Positions 14,768 through 24,322 of a stretch of 64,000 nucleotides of DNA are shown piece by piece; the stretch's first letter is position 1; each line of letters opens with the position of its first letter. Origin of the DNA: a virus (taxonomy: Duplodnaviria > Heunggongvirae > Uroviricota > Caudoviricetes); IMG/VR virus record IMGVR_UViG_3300010396_000001, positions 4,320 to 68,319 of that record. One strand, written 5' to 3'. Position numbers and translations under genes: made by a program. Below the pieces are notes generated by a model. It was not told the origin of the DNA. It saw only the letters and a list, made by a program, of their open reading frames with translations, and did no database searches.

Positions 14768-17700
14768 GCATCTCGAACATCGGGATCGACCCGGGCGTTA
14801 CCGACACCGGCCTGGTCGGCGAGCAGATCGACACGATCACGCTGTCCAACACCGTGCCCGCCACGCTGAGCAAGGTCGGGATCATCTCCTATCCCGGCTT
14901 CAGCCCGGTCAGCGCCCAGGCCTCTCCGGTGTCCACGGTGACCGGCGCGCAGCCCGCGGTGATCACCGTCTTCGACACCACGTCCAGTCACCCGCTCGTC
15001 GCCGGGGTGGACTACACGCTGTCGCCCAGCGGCTCGGGCTCGCAGCTGACCTACTCGATCCTGCGGGTCTCCACCAGCACGCAGTCCTCCAACAACGACA
15101 CGTGCACGGTGAGCTACCTGTTCGGCGACATGCCCGACACCGCTTATGCGATCGGCGAGACCCTCGCCCAGTCGCAGCTGGCCCCGCTCGGGCTCACCCA
15201 GGGCCAGCAGTTCGGGGCTTACCCCGGTCAGCTGCCGGGCGCGGCCGACACCACGGGCGCGTCAGTGGCAGGCATCGGCGCCGCCCTTCCCGGCGGCTCG
15301 GTCTCCGACGTCATCCCCTGGGCCGGATCGGGCAACCTCGGCGGCCAGACCGGCACGGTCAGCCAGTCCGATTACGCCGTCGCTCCCGCCAGGGAAGGCA
15401 CCTACGGGTGGCCGCTCGGCACGCCGGACACCGAGGAGGTCTACGGCGGCGGCAGCCCGCTGGCCTTCGTGCCCTCCCTCGGCAATGAGCCGCAGGGCAA
15501 CGTCGGCAGCACCGCCGACCCCGGCATCATCGACACCACGATCTCCGGCGGCTCGCTCTACCAGGCCACCAATCCCAGCTCGCCTGCCTACCGGCCGCCG
15601 ATCCTCGGCGTGGCCGCCTCGGTCAAGGACACCACGCTGACCGACATCCTGGGCAACCAGGTCAGCGCGCAGCCGTTCACGGACGCGGGCTACAACGGGG
15701 TCAACGTGGACACCTCCTACATCGGCGCCCCCGCCGCCCCCTCGGCGCTGTCGAGCCAGACCGATACGTTCGCCAGCGGCCAGATCACCGTGCCGAACTA
15801 CCTGTCGCAGGCAGGGGTGATCACCAGCTCGATCGTGGTGACCAACACCACCTCGTCCCAGACCATGGTGCTGAACACCGACTACACGGTGACCGTGGTC
15901 GGCAACGGGCCGGACACCTACGCCTACCTGACCTTCATCGTGGCCGCCCACTTCGCGGTCGGCAACAACGTCTCGGCGACCTACTCCTACGGGAGCCCGC
16001 AGTACTACGACTCCAATGCCCCGGCCTCGGTGCCCGCGGCCCCCGGCGTCGGCGCGGGCACCCTGCAGACCGACACGCCGATCTCCTTCACCTCGACCCC
16101 CGTGGCGCTGACCAAGACCGGCATCGTCACCCCGCCCGCGGGCCTCGTGGTCACCGACCTGACTGGCGGAAACGCGGGCAAGCTCCAGGTCCTCAACGTG
16201 GACTACACGGTCACGGTGAGCGGCTCGGGCTCGACCCTGACCTACTCGATCGCCCGCCTGGCCGGCTCGACGCACTCAACTTCGGGCGACAATGTCTCGG
16301 TCGCCTACCTCTTCGGCAATGCGGCCTACTTCACCTCCGGCCCTGCGCAGCCGGTTAACCGGGGCGCCCAGATTTCCTGGACGCCCCCGGCCGGGACCAC
16401 CGAGGTGGACTACTACCTCATCCAGTCGCTGCCCGACCTGGGCACGATGTACGTGCCGAAGAACGGCCAGCCCGGCTTCTACGGCCAGCCCAGCGTGGCG
16501 GGCTCAGACGACTACGGCCAGCCGATCTTCCAGTCCGACACGTTCGTGCTGCCCAGTGCCCTGGCGGCGCCTGCCACGCCGTCTTCCAGCACCGCCACCA
16601 CCGGCGGCACGGTCCTCGCCGGCACCTACGGCATGATCATCAGCTACACCAACGCCAGCGGCGAGACCATCGGCTCCCCGTCGCACAATCAGGTCACCAC
16701 GGGCTCGACCTCGACCCTGACGGTCAACTCGCCGTCCGCCGAGGCCGGCGCGACCGGCTGGTACGCCTACCTCACCCAGGCGGGCGGCTCGGCCTACACC
16801 CGGCAGCAGGCCGCGGGATCGCCGACGCCGATCGGCACCAACCTGACGCTGACCGCCCCGCCGACCAGTGCGGGCGCGGCCCCGCTGAGCACCCCGCAGC
16901 TGAGCAAGACTGCGGTCATCACCCCGCCCGGCCAGCTCATCGTCCGGGACACGACCTCCTCGGCGCTGACCATCCAGGGTGCCTCGTCCTCGGACTACGC
17001 GAACCTGACCCCGACCGGCGGCCAGCTGGCGGGCCCGGCCGAGCAGGACCCGCTGCAGCCCATGGGGGGCGTGCTGATCTACGGGGTGGACTACACCGTC
17101 ACCACGATCGGCGTGGGCCCGTTCACCACCTACCAGATCAACCCCGTGGCAGGCTCAGTCAACGCCTTCCCGGGCGATACCATCGTGGTGGACTACTGGT
17201 ACGACCAGGCGGGGACCGTCCCGCTCAGCGCCGCGAACGACACGCTGACCCTGGTCGCCTCCTCGGCCGCGCTGCTGCACTCGGGCATCGTGACGGCGCC
17301 GCAGAACCTGATCGTCTACGACACCACGATCTCCAGGCCGCTGGCCTTCGGCCTGGACTTCACCGTCGCCTCCGCGGGGCTCGGCCCGGTGAAGACCATG
17401 ACGATCACCGTGATCACCTCGGGCCCGGCCGGGGCGGGCGCCACGGACACGCTGCATGCCTACTACCTGTACGGCAGCGCGCTGGCGGCCTACTTCACCC
17501 AGGGCCTGACCGAGAACGCCCCGCTGATCTACAAGCCCGGCGGCTCGGTCTATGCCTGGCAGGGCTACCAGTTCCAGATCGCCGCGGGGAACCGGCTCGG
17601 CCTCGGGCCGTGGTCGAACGCCAGCGACTTCGTGGTGCCCCTCAACTACCAGGCTCCTCAGCCCGGTTTTGAGGGCACTACGCAGACGATCACCTTCCGG

Positions 17701-17775
17701 GACCCCGCCAACACGATCAACCCCGTCTACACCCCGTCCGGATCGGTGCTGGCGGGCACCGGCCTTGGTTACTGA
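14764..17775 (+). CDS. Large virion protein with five repeated beta-sandwich modules and FN3-like elements
   Basis: 1003 aa; repeated L..GI.TP...DYT...SY.(F/Y)G module; ISWTPP and YQFQIAAGNRLGLGPWS. Confidence 0.7.
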   Translation: MSISNIGIDPGVTDTGLVGEQIDTITLSNTVPATLSKVGIISYPGFSPVSAQASPVSTVTGAQPAVITVFDTTSSHPLVAGVDYTLSPSGSGSQLTYSILRVSTSTQSSNNDTCTVSYLFGDMPDTAYAIGETLAQSQLAPLGLTQGQQFGAYPGQLPGAADTTGASVAGIGAALPGGSVSDVIPWAGSGNLGGQTGTVSQSDYAVAPAREGTYGWPLGTPDTEEVYGGGSPLAFVPSLGNEPQGNVGSTADPGIIDTTISGGSLYQATNPSSPAYRPPILGVAASVKDTTLTDILGNQVSAQPFTDAGYNGVNVDTSYIGAPAAPSALSSQTDTFASGQITVPNYLSQAGVITSSIVVTNTTSSQTMVLNTDYTVTVVGNGPDTYAYLTFIVAAHFAVGNNVSATYSYGSPQYYDSNAPASVPAAPGVGAGTLQTDTPISFTSTPVALTKTGIVTPPAGLVVTDLTGGNAGKLQVLNVDYTVTVSGSGSTLTYSIARLAGSTHSTSGDNVSVAYLFGNAAYFTSGPAQPVNRGAQISWTPPAGTTEVDYYLIQSLPDLGTMYVPKNGQPGFYGQPSVAGSDDYGQPIFQSDTFVLPSALAAPATPSSSTATTGGTVLAGTYGMIISYTNASGETIGSPSHNQVTTGSTSTLTVNSPSAEAGATGWYAYLTQAGGSAYTRQQAAGSPTPIGTNLTLTAPPTSAGAAPLSTPQLSKTAVITPPGQLIVRDTTSSALTIQGASSSDYANLTPTGGQLAGPAEQDPLQPMGGVLIYGVDYTVTTIGVGPFTTYQINPVAGSVNAFPGDTIVVDYWYDQAGTVPLSAANDTLTLVASSAALLHSGIVTAPQNLIVYDTTISRPLAFGLDFTVASAGLGPVKTMTITVITSGPAGAGATDTLHAYYLYGSALAAYFTQGLTENAPLIYKPGGSVYAWQGYQFQIAAGNRLGLGPWSNASDFVVPLNYQAPQPGFEGTTQTITFRDPANTINPVYTPSGSVLAGTGLGY

Positions 17776-17808
17776 TCTCTCCCCGGGGAGAGCGAGAAGG
17801 GAAGGTCA

Positions 17809-18462
17809 GTGGCAACATTCAGCACGCTCCTCGGCCTGAAGCTGAACGCGCCCACTGACCCTTTCCAGCTGTCTGACTTCATTCAGAACTGGAATATCCT
17901 GGACGCTAATCCCGGCGTCTTCATCTGCACGTCAGGGTCGCGCCCGTCCTATACCAGCGGCCAGGCCGGGCGCCTGATCTTCATGACTGACCTGAAGCAG
18001 CTGTCCTACTGGAACGGCTCTTCTTGGAATGACCTCCGGGACTCGGCTCCGGTATTTGCCGGGGGATCATTCATCAACTCGAATATCTCCATGGGCGCCA
18101 GCCCGACGGTCTCGGTCTGCACGTTCACCACCCCGCGACCCTGCGCTATCTCGGTGATCCTGTCGGCGACCTACAGCATTCCCGCGCAGGTCGGCATCAG
18201 CTTCTTCCAGTCGATTACCTTCGACGGCCAGCAGCAGCAGCTCGGCTCTTACCGCGAGCGGTGGCAGATTGCCGACCTGCCCGCCCTCCTGCCAACGCAG
18301 TTCAATATCGCCTCGCTGGCCGTTATTCCCAGCGTGGCCGCGGGCTCGCACACCATCGGGGTGCTGGTGCAGAACAGCAATTCGTTCAGCACCTCGCTCA
18401 ACCTGATCGGCGCGAAGACGATCGGCATGATCTCGCTTTACAACACCAATAACACGCTGTAG
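17809..18462 (+). CDS. Putative virion or fibre-type protein
   Basis: LGLKLNAP...NWNILD N-terminus typical of phage fibre proteins. Confidence 0.65.
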   Translation: MATFSTLLGLKLNAPTDPFQLSDFIQNWNILDANPGVFICTSGSRPSYTSGQAGRLIFMTDLKQLSYWNGSSWNDLRDSAPVFAGGSFINSNISMGASPTVSVCTFTTPRPCAISVILSATYSIPAQVGISFFQSITFDGQQQQLGSYRERWQIADLPALLPTQFNIASLAVIPSVAAGSHTIGVLVQNSNSFSTSLNLIGAKTIGMISLYNTNNTL

Positions 18463-18467
18463 GCGAC

Positions 18468-19376
18468 ATGACCGTTATCTCGCCGGACCTGGCCGACTGG
18501 AGCGAGCGGCAGTACCTGTCCCAGTACTCGATGACCCCGCTGTCCCTGACAATCTTCATCGGCGGGGTGCCGGCGGACCCGGACGGGCAGGCCGTCGCCG
18601 CCCAGCTGATCCTGCAGAATGCCGACGGCACGGTCACGCCGGTGAACAGCTACACCGCGGCCCGGACCGGCACCGGCGCCTACACCGTGACCCCGTCGTC
18701 GCAGGACACCGCGGTCCCCGCCGACGCCGAGCTGGCCTGGTCCTATACCGTCGCCTCGGCCGGCGGCCCCCAGCAGTACGCCTCCCTGCTGACGATCGGC
18801 CCGGCCAACCCGTTCTACGACAGCCTGCCGCTGGACATGAAGGACTTCCTGGAGGTCCAGCTGTGGGCCCGGTTCCGCGATCTGTTCGACTCTCCTGACG
18901 GCGGCCCCAACCTGCAGGCCTACTTCCAGGCCCACTGGTCCCGCGGCCGGGTCGCCCAGCTGATGGGCATCGCGGTCTCCAAGCTCAACTCGATCGCCCA
19001 GCCCTGGTCGAACTACACCCTGGACGGCTCGACCGGGCCTGAGTACCCGATCTCGCTGTGGGGCGGCCTGCTGTCGAGCTACACCTACTGCGAGATGGTC
19101 AAGCACCTGATCCGCTCCTACACCGAGCAGCCGCTGCTGCAGGGCGGAGCCGGGATTACCCGCCACGACCGGCGCGATTACGTCGATCGCTGGCGCGCCG
19201 TCCTCCAGGACGAGCAGGCCGAGCTGAAGAGCATGCTCGACGTCTTCAAGATCCGCCACATGGGCCTGGGCAATCCCCGCGTGCTGGTCTCCGGAGGCAC
19301 TTACGGCCGCTACGCTCCCACCCGGATCGCGGGATCGGTCGCCGCCCGTCCGCGGATGTGGGCCCGCTGGTACTGA
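18468..19376 (+). CDS. Putative head-tail adaptor or neck protein
   Basis: Position and size; N-terminal beta domain plus a helical C-terminus; function inferred from synteny. Confidence 0.5.
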   Translation: MTVISPDLADWSERQYLSQYSMTPLSLTIFIGGVPADPDGQAVAAQLILQNADGTVTPVNSYTAARTGTGAYTVTPSSQDTAVPADAELAWSYTVASAGGPQQYASLLTIGPANPFYDSLPLDMKDFLEVQLWARFRDLFDSPDGGPNLQAYFQAHWSRGRVAQLMGIAVSKLNSIAQPWSNYTLDGSTGPEYPISLWGGLLSSYTYCEMVKHLIRSYTEQPLLQGGAGITRHDRRDYVDRWRAVLQDEQAELKSMLDVFKIRHMGLGNPRVLVSGGTYGRYAPTRIAGSVAARPRMWARWY

Positions 19377-19395
19377 GGCTGGTAATCTTTGTTGC

Positions 19396-19638
19396 ATGAA
19401 GCTGCACGACTACGAGCCTGACGTGCAGGTCTGCCGCAGCATCATCGACGACAGCACCTGGTACTGCTACGACATGGATGGCACTCGCGGCGACATGACC
19501 AGCTGGTCAGCACCTGGTCCGGTCCGGAAGGTCAAGCGCTGGGCCGAGCAGCAGTTCGCCCGTGGCCAGCGCGTCCGCTGGCAGCGCATCGACGGGGATA
19601 CCTGGCAGCTGCGCATCGTCCGGCCGAGGAGTCGGTGA
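19396..19638 (+). CDS. Hypothetical protein (leaderless moron)
   Basis: TAATCT 7 nt before ATG, overlapping an operator copy. Confidence 0.6.
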   Translation: MKLHDYEPDVQVCRSIIDDSTWYCYDMDGTRGDMTSWSAPGPVRKVKRWAEQQFARGQRVRWQRIDGDTWQLRIVRPRSR

Positions 19639-19820
19639 TCGAGCTGCGCTGCGAGATCCACGGCGGCCCGCTCCGCTATCACAAGGGCCTGTGGGTTTGC
19701 CCAGGCTGGGATGGCGAGGGCTGCCTGAACATCGCGGGCGGCCTGCCGCAGGATGCCTATGACCGCGTGTCCTCGGGCCAGACGCGATGGCCCGGCGCCA
19801 TGCTAGCGTCGTCGTCATGA
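19635..19820 (+). CDS. Small zinc-ribbon-like protein
   Basis: CEIH...CPG...C; coupled starts and stops. Confidence 0.55.
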   Translation: MIELRCEIHGGPLRYHKGLWVCPGWDGEGCLNIAGGLPQDAYDRVSSGQTRWPGAMLASSS

Positions 19821-20008
19821 TGCTCCAGCAGGCATTCCTCCGCTCCGGCACCACTGTCCGGACCGCCTGGATCGGGCTGAAGGCAAAGGCCGGGGACCAG
19901 GTCACCCTGAAGAACTCCGAGGATCCGCACCGCCGGTGGAACGTCGTGGCCGTCTACGCCCGGATGCCCGCTGACCAGCTGCACACGGACTGGCACAACA
20001 ACATCTGA
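19817..20008 (+). CDS. Hypothetical protein
   Basis: ATGA overlap. Confidence 0.6.
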   Translation: MMLQQAFLRSGTTVRTAWIGLKAKAGDQVTLKNSEDPHRRWNVVAVYARMPADQLHTDWHNNI

Positions 20009-20016
20009 TGGCCGCC

Positions 20017-20048
20017 CCGGCGACGCTGCCCTGCGGCAGCGTCACCGG
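20017..20048. terminator. Hairpin between convergent genes
   Basis: GACGCTGCC/GGCAGCGTC stem extended by CCGG/CCGG. Confidence 0.5.
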
Positions 20049-20066
20049 GCGCGTGCACCAGGAGGC

Positions 20067-20279
20067 CTAGCTCTTGCCGCGCGAGGCGAAGCGGCTGTAA
20101 GCCGCCGTCAGGTGCTCGCCGATGGTGGAGGCCGCGCTCCCCATGAACTCTGACGGGCTCACGGTCGGCATCTCCTTGCCCTTCTTGCGGCCCTGCTCGT
20201 AGGCCATGCCCGAGAAGTAGGCGGCGATGACGGCGGTAGCAGTCGCCCCCACCTTGAGCGCGAGCTTCTTCATGATCAT
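20067..20279 (-). CDS. Small membrane-anchored protein
   Basis: MKKLALKVGATATAVIAAYF helix; AAGGA RBS. Confidence 0.55.
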   Translation of the reverse strand: MIMKKLALKVGATATAVIAAYFSGMAYEQGRKKGKEMPTVSPSEFMGSAASTIGEHLTAAYSRFASRGKS

Positions 20280-20368
20280 TTTCCTTCCGGATCGTGTCAG
20301 CTGACTGGCAATCATGCTAGCATTCCCGTGACATCGCCGGGACCGGATCGAGAGGACTGCAGGAAGCC

Positions 20369-20602
20369 ATGAGCCATGCCACTGATCATCCGACAACGTG
20401 CTCAGGCAAGAAGTGCACCGCCTCCGTGCCGGGGGCCAAGTGGGCTCGCATAAAGGCCACCAAGCAAGGGTGGATATTCCTGAAGAACGGCGAGTCCTAC
20501 TGTCCGGAGCATCTTCCTGAGTGGGTAGAGGGCTGGCGGCTTAGAAGAGCAGCCCGCGAGGGCAAGCTGGCACCTAAGTGCGGGATGAAGACCGACAGCT
20601 GA
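20369..20602 (+). CDS. Small zinc-finger-like protein
   Basis: C....C ... YCPEH motif. Confidence 0.6.
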   Translation: MSHATDHPTTCSGKKCTASVPGAKWARIKATKQGWIFLKNGESYCPEHLPEWVEGWRLRRAAREGKLAPKCGMKTDS

Positions 20603-20619
20603 CAAGAAGGAGCACTTTC

Positions 20620-20997
20620 ATGGAGGACACGTTCTACCTGGTCATCAACTCTCACAAGGTCGTCAAGTTTCAGCGGTCCCTTCCGACCGGACTTAACCGC
20701 GGCGAGATTCCAGTCCGCGTGGATGTCATTGTCGAGCCCACCGCCTTCCGCACGCCCACCCTGATCCGCCAGATAAGGATCGCCGACCCCTTCGAGGACA
20801 TCGCGCTCAGTGATGTCGAATTCCGGAAAGATTTCATTACCGAGGAGGAAGCGGAGCTGATCAGGCGCCGTCGGCTCGGGCAGATGCGCGCTGTCCTGGA
20901 AGCGCAGGGATACACGATAACCCCGCCGCCGGAACCAGAGGAAGGTACCGTGCAGGCCGAGGCGCGCAGCCTGCTGTCCGGGGAAAAAGAGCAATAG
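20620..20997 (+). CDS. Hypothetical protein
   Basis: AAGGAG RBS. Confidence 0.65.
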   Translation: MEDTFYLVINSHKVVKFQRSLPTGLNRGEIPVRVDVIVEPTAFRTPTLIRQIRIADPFEDIALSDVEFRKDFITEEEAELIRRRRLGQMRAVLEAQGYTITPPPEPEEGTVQAEARSLLSGEKEQ

Positions 20998-21012
20998 GAG
21001 GATCCCGCATTC

Positions 21013-21717
21013 ATGCCCGAGACCACCACAGCCAAGGCACATAAGCCTCAGAAACTGAAGGAGAAGCTACCGCCCCTGCATATTGCCGTTCAGGCTATCG
21101 CCACGATCATCGCCTCATTCATCGGCAGCTTCCTGGGCGTTGCCGGGACGATCATCGGCCTGGTGATCGGCTCAGTGATCTCCACCGCCTTCCCCGTGCT
21201 CGCCGAGCATGCCGCCGAGCGCGGCAGCGCAGCCGCCAGGGCCCGCTACCAGCAGCTGCGCCTCACCCGGATGGATCCCGGCCGCGCCCGCGCTCAGGTC
21301 GCCCGCGAGCAGCGGACCCGCGCGTTCCGGCAGCTGACGGCCGCTCGTGCCGGGATCACCGCAGTGATCGTCATCGTCACTGCCTTCGCCGGGGTCACCG
21401 CGGTGGAGGCCATGGCAGGCAAGCCTGCTTCCGATATCGTCCGCGGCCAGACCGGGCACGGGCTGACCATCACCGGCGGCGCCCCTCCGGCCCCGGCACC
21501 GAGCCCGACCCTGACGCCCCGGCGGCACCGGCGGCGCTCACCCTCGGCTACCCCGTCGCTCACCCCGTCTGCCTCGGCGCCGGCTACCTCATCCTCCCCG
21601 GCGCCCTCATCATCCAGCCCGGTTCCGGTCACGACCTCGCCGAGCCCGTCGCCCCCGACCAGCTCGCCCGTCCTGGTTACCTCCCCGCCGCCGGCCTCGG
21701 CAACGGTGCTGCCATGA
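21013..21717 (+). CDS. Membrane protein with a Pro/Ser/Thr-rich extracytoplasmic tail
   Basis: Three hydrophobic segments followed by PSP/SSP repeats. Confidence 0.7.
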   Translation: MPETTTAKAHKPQKLKEKLPPLHIAVQAIATIIASFIGSFLGVAGTIIGLVIGSVISTAFPVLAEHAAERGSAAARARYQQLRLTRMDPGRARAQVAREQRTRAFRQLTAARAGITAVIVIVTAFAGVTAVEAMAGKPASDIVRGQTGHGLTITGGAPPAPAPSPTLTPRRHRRRSPSATPSLTPSASAPATSSSPAPSSSSPVPVTTSPSPSPPTSSPVLVTSPPPASATVLP

Positions 21718-21756
21718 GGAGGCGCTCGGAAGTCGTGAGACCTTCCGGGAGCGTGC

Positions 21757-22377
21757 ATGCCGTCGATGAAGTGGTACCGCCAGGCCCGCCTGCCCGCCTG
21801 GAACGGCCTGGTGAACTGGGACTCCGACGCGGTCGTGGTGACCCTGCACACCAGCGCCTACATCCCCAACCCTGACACCGACGCCTTCGTCTCGAACCTG
21901 ACCGGCGAGGTCGCCACCGGCAGCGGCTATGTCCAGGGCGGCATTGCCCTGACCAGCAAGTCGGTCATCTACTCCCCGGCCAACAGCTGGCCCTATGCCT
22001 GGGCCCCGGCGACCGCTTACGCAGCGGGCCAGCTTATCCGGCCGCCGAACGCCAACGGCCAGGTCTTCCAGTGCGTGGCGGCCGGGACCTCCGGGTCCTC
22101 GCAGCCCGCCTGGCCCGCCTACGGGCTGACGGTGACCGACGGGTCCGTTACCTGGCTGGCCGCGGGAGCCGGGATCATCACCTGGAACGCCCAGAACATC
22201 CAGTGGGCCGCTTTCTCGGCCTCGCTGCGCTACCTGGTGGTCTCCGACCGCCAGCAGGGCTCACCGGCCGCTCAGCCGCTGCTGGGCTACCTCGATCTGG
22301 GCGTGACCACCTCGGGCTCGGGAGGCAACTTCGACGTCGTCTGGAGCCCGGCGGTCTTCGCTGACGTGGTGCCCTGA
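21757..22377 (+). CDS. Virion protein with an inserted CBM5/12-like carbohydrate-binding motif
   Basis: WAPATAYAAGQLIRP...FQCVAAGTSG...P.WP...VTDGSVTW. Confidence 0.65.
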   Translation: MPSMKWYRQARLPAWNGLVNWDSDAVVVTLHTSAYIPNPDTDAFVSNLTGEVATGSGYVQGGIALTSKSVIYSPANSWPYAWAPATAYAAGQLIRPPNANGQVFQCVAAGTSGSSQPAWPAYGLTVTDGSVTWLAAGAGIITWNAQNIQWAAFSASLRYLVVSDRQQGSPAAQPLLGYLDLGVTTSGSGGNFDVVWSPAVFADVVP

Positions 22378-23396
22378 TGCCCGTCCTGACCCAGGTCCTG
22401 TCCGTTCCCGGCCCGGCGCTGGCCGGGGAGCTGCCGCCGCGGATCGCCTTCGAGACGTCACCCGGCGCGCCGCTGCTGGTGCGCTCGGTGCCCGCAGCGG
22501 GAGCGGGCACCCCGCCGTTTCTGGCGGGCACGGTGCTGTTCTCGGTGCAGGTCACCTCCCAGCCCGCGGCCGGGGCCGGGATCCCGTCCTTCGCCCAGAT
22601 CGGCCTCGGGCTGGTCCCGGCGCCTGCCCGGCCGATCCGGGCCTGGCAGCGTGACGTCCAGAAGTACGCGATCACCGCCGAGCGCGAGCGCCATGTCCAG
22701 GCCCTGTGGCAGTACGGCGAGCTGGCCGTGTTCGCCCTGATGTGGACCACCCTGGACTATGCTGCCGGGCTGGCCGTGCGCTGCCCGCGGTGCTTCATCC
22801 CGGCGGTGCAGAGCGTCTCGCCCGAGGCCCAGATCGCCACGGCCTACGGCCAGGGCAACCAGTACCTGTGCCCGGTGTGCTTCGACAGCCAGTTCGTGGC
22901 GGCGGCGCCGCTGTCAGGCACTCAGCCGGGCCTGAGGGCCCTGCTGGTGCGCCCGGCGATCTTCACGGACATGGACAAGGACCACCAGCGCACCAGCCGG
23001 GGCGTGATGAACCCCGGCGCGCTGAACGCTGAGTCAACGCCGGACTTCCGGGTCCGGCCCGGCGACTTCATGTTCCGGGTCACCGGTGACCGGTTCCGCC
23101 TGCAGGTGCCCCGCCGGGTCACCCTGCGCACCGGCTTCGCGTCGCCCTACCAGGAGACCGCCGCGATCACCTACAACATGGTCGTGGCCCAGCTGGAGGA
23201 CCCGGCGGCCGTCAGCTCGATCATCCCGCCCGATGATGCCACCCTGGTTCGCTGGCTCGGCACCTACACGCGGGTGCCGGTCAGCTATGCCGGGCTGGAG
23301 ATCATCAACGGGCCGCTCATCCCCGGCGAGGTGCCCCCGCCCGCAGCCTCCGATAACCTGCAGCCAGGAGCGACTTTCCCCCTGGCGGTGACCTGA
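22377..23396 (+). CDS. Putative head-tail connector region protein
   Basis: TGATG coupling; CPRC and CPVC pairs; synteny before the tail genes. Confidence 0.55.
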   Translation: MPVLTQVLSVPGPALAGELPPRIAFETSPGAPLLVRSVPAAGAGTPPFLAGTVLFSVQVTSQPAAGAGIPSFAQIGLGLVPAPARPIRAWQRDVQKYAITAERERHVQALWQYGELAVFALMWTTLDYAAGLAVRCPRCFIPAVQSVSPEAQIATAYGQGNQYLCPVCFDSQFVAAAPLSGTQPGLRALLVRPAIFTDMDKDHQRTSRGVMNPGALNAESTPDFRVRPGDFMFRVTGDRFRLQVPRRVTLRTGFASPYQETAAITYNMVVAQLEDPAAVSSIIPPDDATLVRWLGTYTRVPVSYAGLEIINGPLIPGEVPPPAASDNLQPGATFPLAVT

Positions 23397-23397
23397 G

Positions 23398-23631
23398 ATG
23401 GCGGAATACCGGATCAGCAATGTCCGCTTCGGCGTCGGGCGCGATGCTTGCTCCCCGGCTTCTTATTATGCCGGGATGGCTGATATTCACGAGCAGGCTC
23501 CCGGCGGAGAGTATACCGAGAGCGTCATGTGCCCGCACCGCCATCCGGACGAGAAGTCCGCGAAAGCCTGCGGCAGGGCATCAGCACAGACGAGGATCAC
23601 GGAGAGGAATTCACTGAATGCCTCTTCTTGA
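23398..23631 (+). CDS. Small hypothetical protein
   Basis: CPHRH...AKAC motif; lower GC than its neighbours. Confidence 0.5.
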   Translation: MAEYRISNVRFGVGRDACSPASYYAGMADIHEQAPGGEYTESVMCPHRHPDEKSAKACGRASAQTRITERNSLNASS

Positions 23632-24322
23632 CACTCCGGAGATGAGAATATCCGAGCGCCCCGACCGGCTGATCATGCGCGTAGGCGGCCTGTCCGGGGC
23701 ACGGGCGCGCAATGTGGCCAATGAGGCCGCACGCATCGGGCGCCAGCTGGCGCCCAAGCTGAGCGGGCAGATGGCAAGCCGCCTTTTCCCGCTGTACGGT
23801 AAAGAGTACTTCGGTGTTGGCTGGCTCGATTCCTATGCCTGGTTCCAGGAGCAGGGCATCAGCCCGTTTACCATGGTCGCCCTGGCCGGCAAGACCATTC
23901 CCATGTGGATCGATGATCCTTACGGGACGCTGGCGCAGGAGAACCCGCGGGCGCAGACCAGGATCACGGTCTCCGGCCGCACGCAGGTACTGATCTTCCG
24001 CCGGGCCGCCCAGCTCGGCGCCCGCAAGACGATCCGCACCAAGACCGCCGAGGGCCGCTACGAGGAGCGCGAGGTGCCGATGAGCTACCCCGGCGCCCCG
24101 GGCCGGATCGGCAGGCGCCAGTCCCCGCAGCCGTGGACCACGCCGGGAAAGGTCGGCGGCCAGATCGCGCCCGGCAACATCGGGGTACGGTGGCGGCATC
24201 CGGGCCTGGCGCCCCGGCTGTTCCTCAACCACGCCATCACCTCGGCCGCCCAGCACGCCGGCATCGTGCCGGTGCGCATCTACGTCTGCGACCGGGCCTG
24301 GAAGGCGAGGTTCAGCTCATGA
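23618..24322 (+). CDS. Putative neck or tail-completion protein
   Basis: Basic protein ending WRHPGLAPRLFL; synteny. Confidence 0.55.
   Translation: MPLLDTPEMRISERPDRLIMRVGGLSGARARNVANEAARIGRQLAPKLSGQMASRLFPLYGKEYFGVGWLDSYAWFQEQGISPFTMVALAGKTIPMWIDDPYGTLAQENPRAQTRITVSGRTQVLIFRRAAQLGARKTIRTKTAEGRYEEREVPMSYPGAPGRIGRRQSPQPWTTPGKVGGQIAPGNIGVRWRHPGLAPRLFLNHAITSAAQHAGIVPVRIYVCDRAWKARFSS

Noticed and set aside
13472-19376. Major capsid, portal or terminase genes
   Set aside because: No ORF shows recognisable HK97-fold, portal or terminase motifs; these genes probably lie outside the window.
20307-20322. Twelfth operator copy (GGCAATCATGCTAGCA)
   Set aside because: The right half-site is TAG rather than TTR, so it was not counted.
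20997-21013. In-frame TAG junctions at 20997/21013 and 62095/62153 as read-through fusions
   Set aside because: Each downstream gene has a good RBS, and isolated in-frame junctions are expected by chance one time in three.
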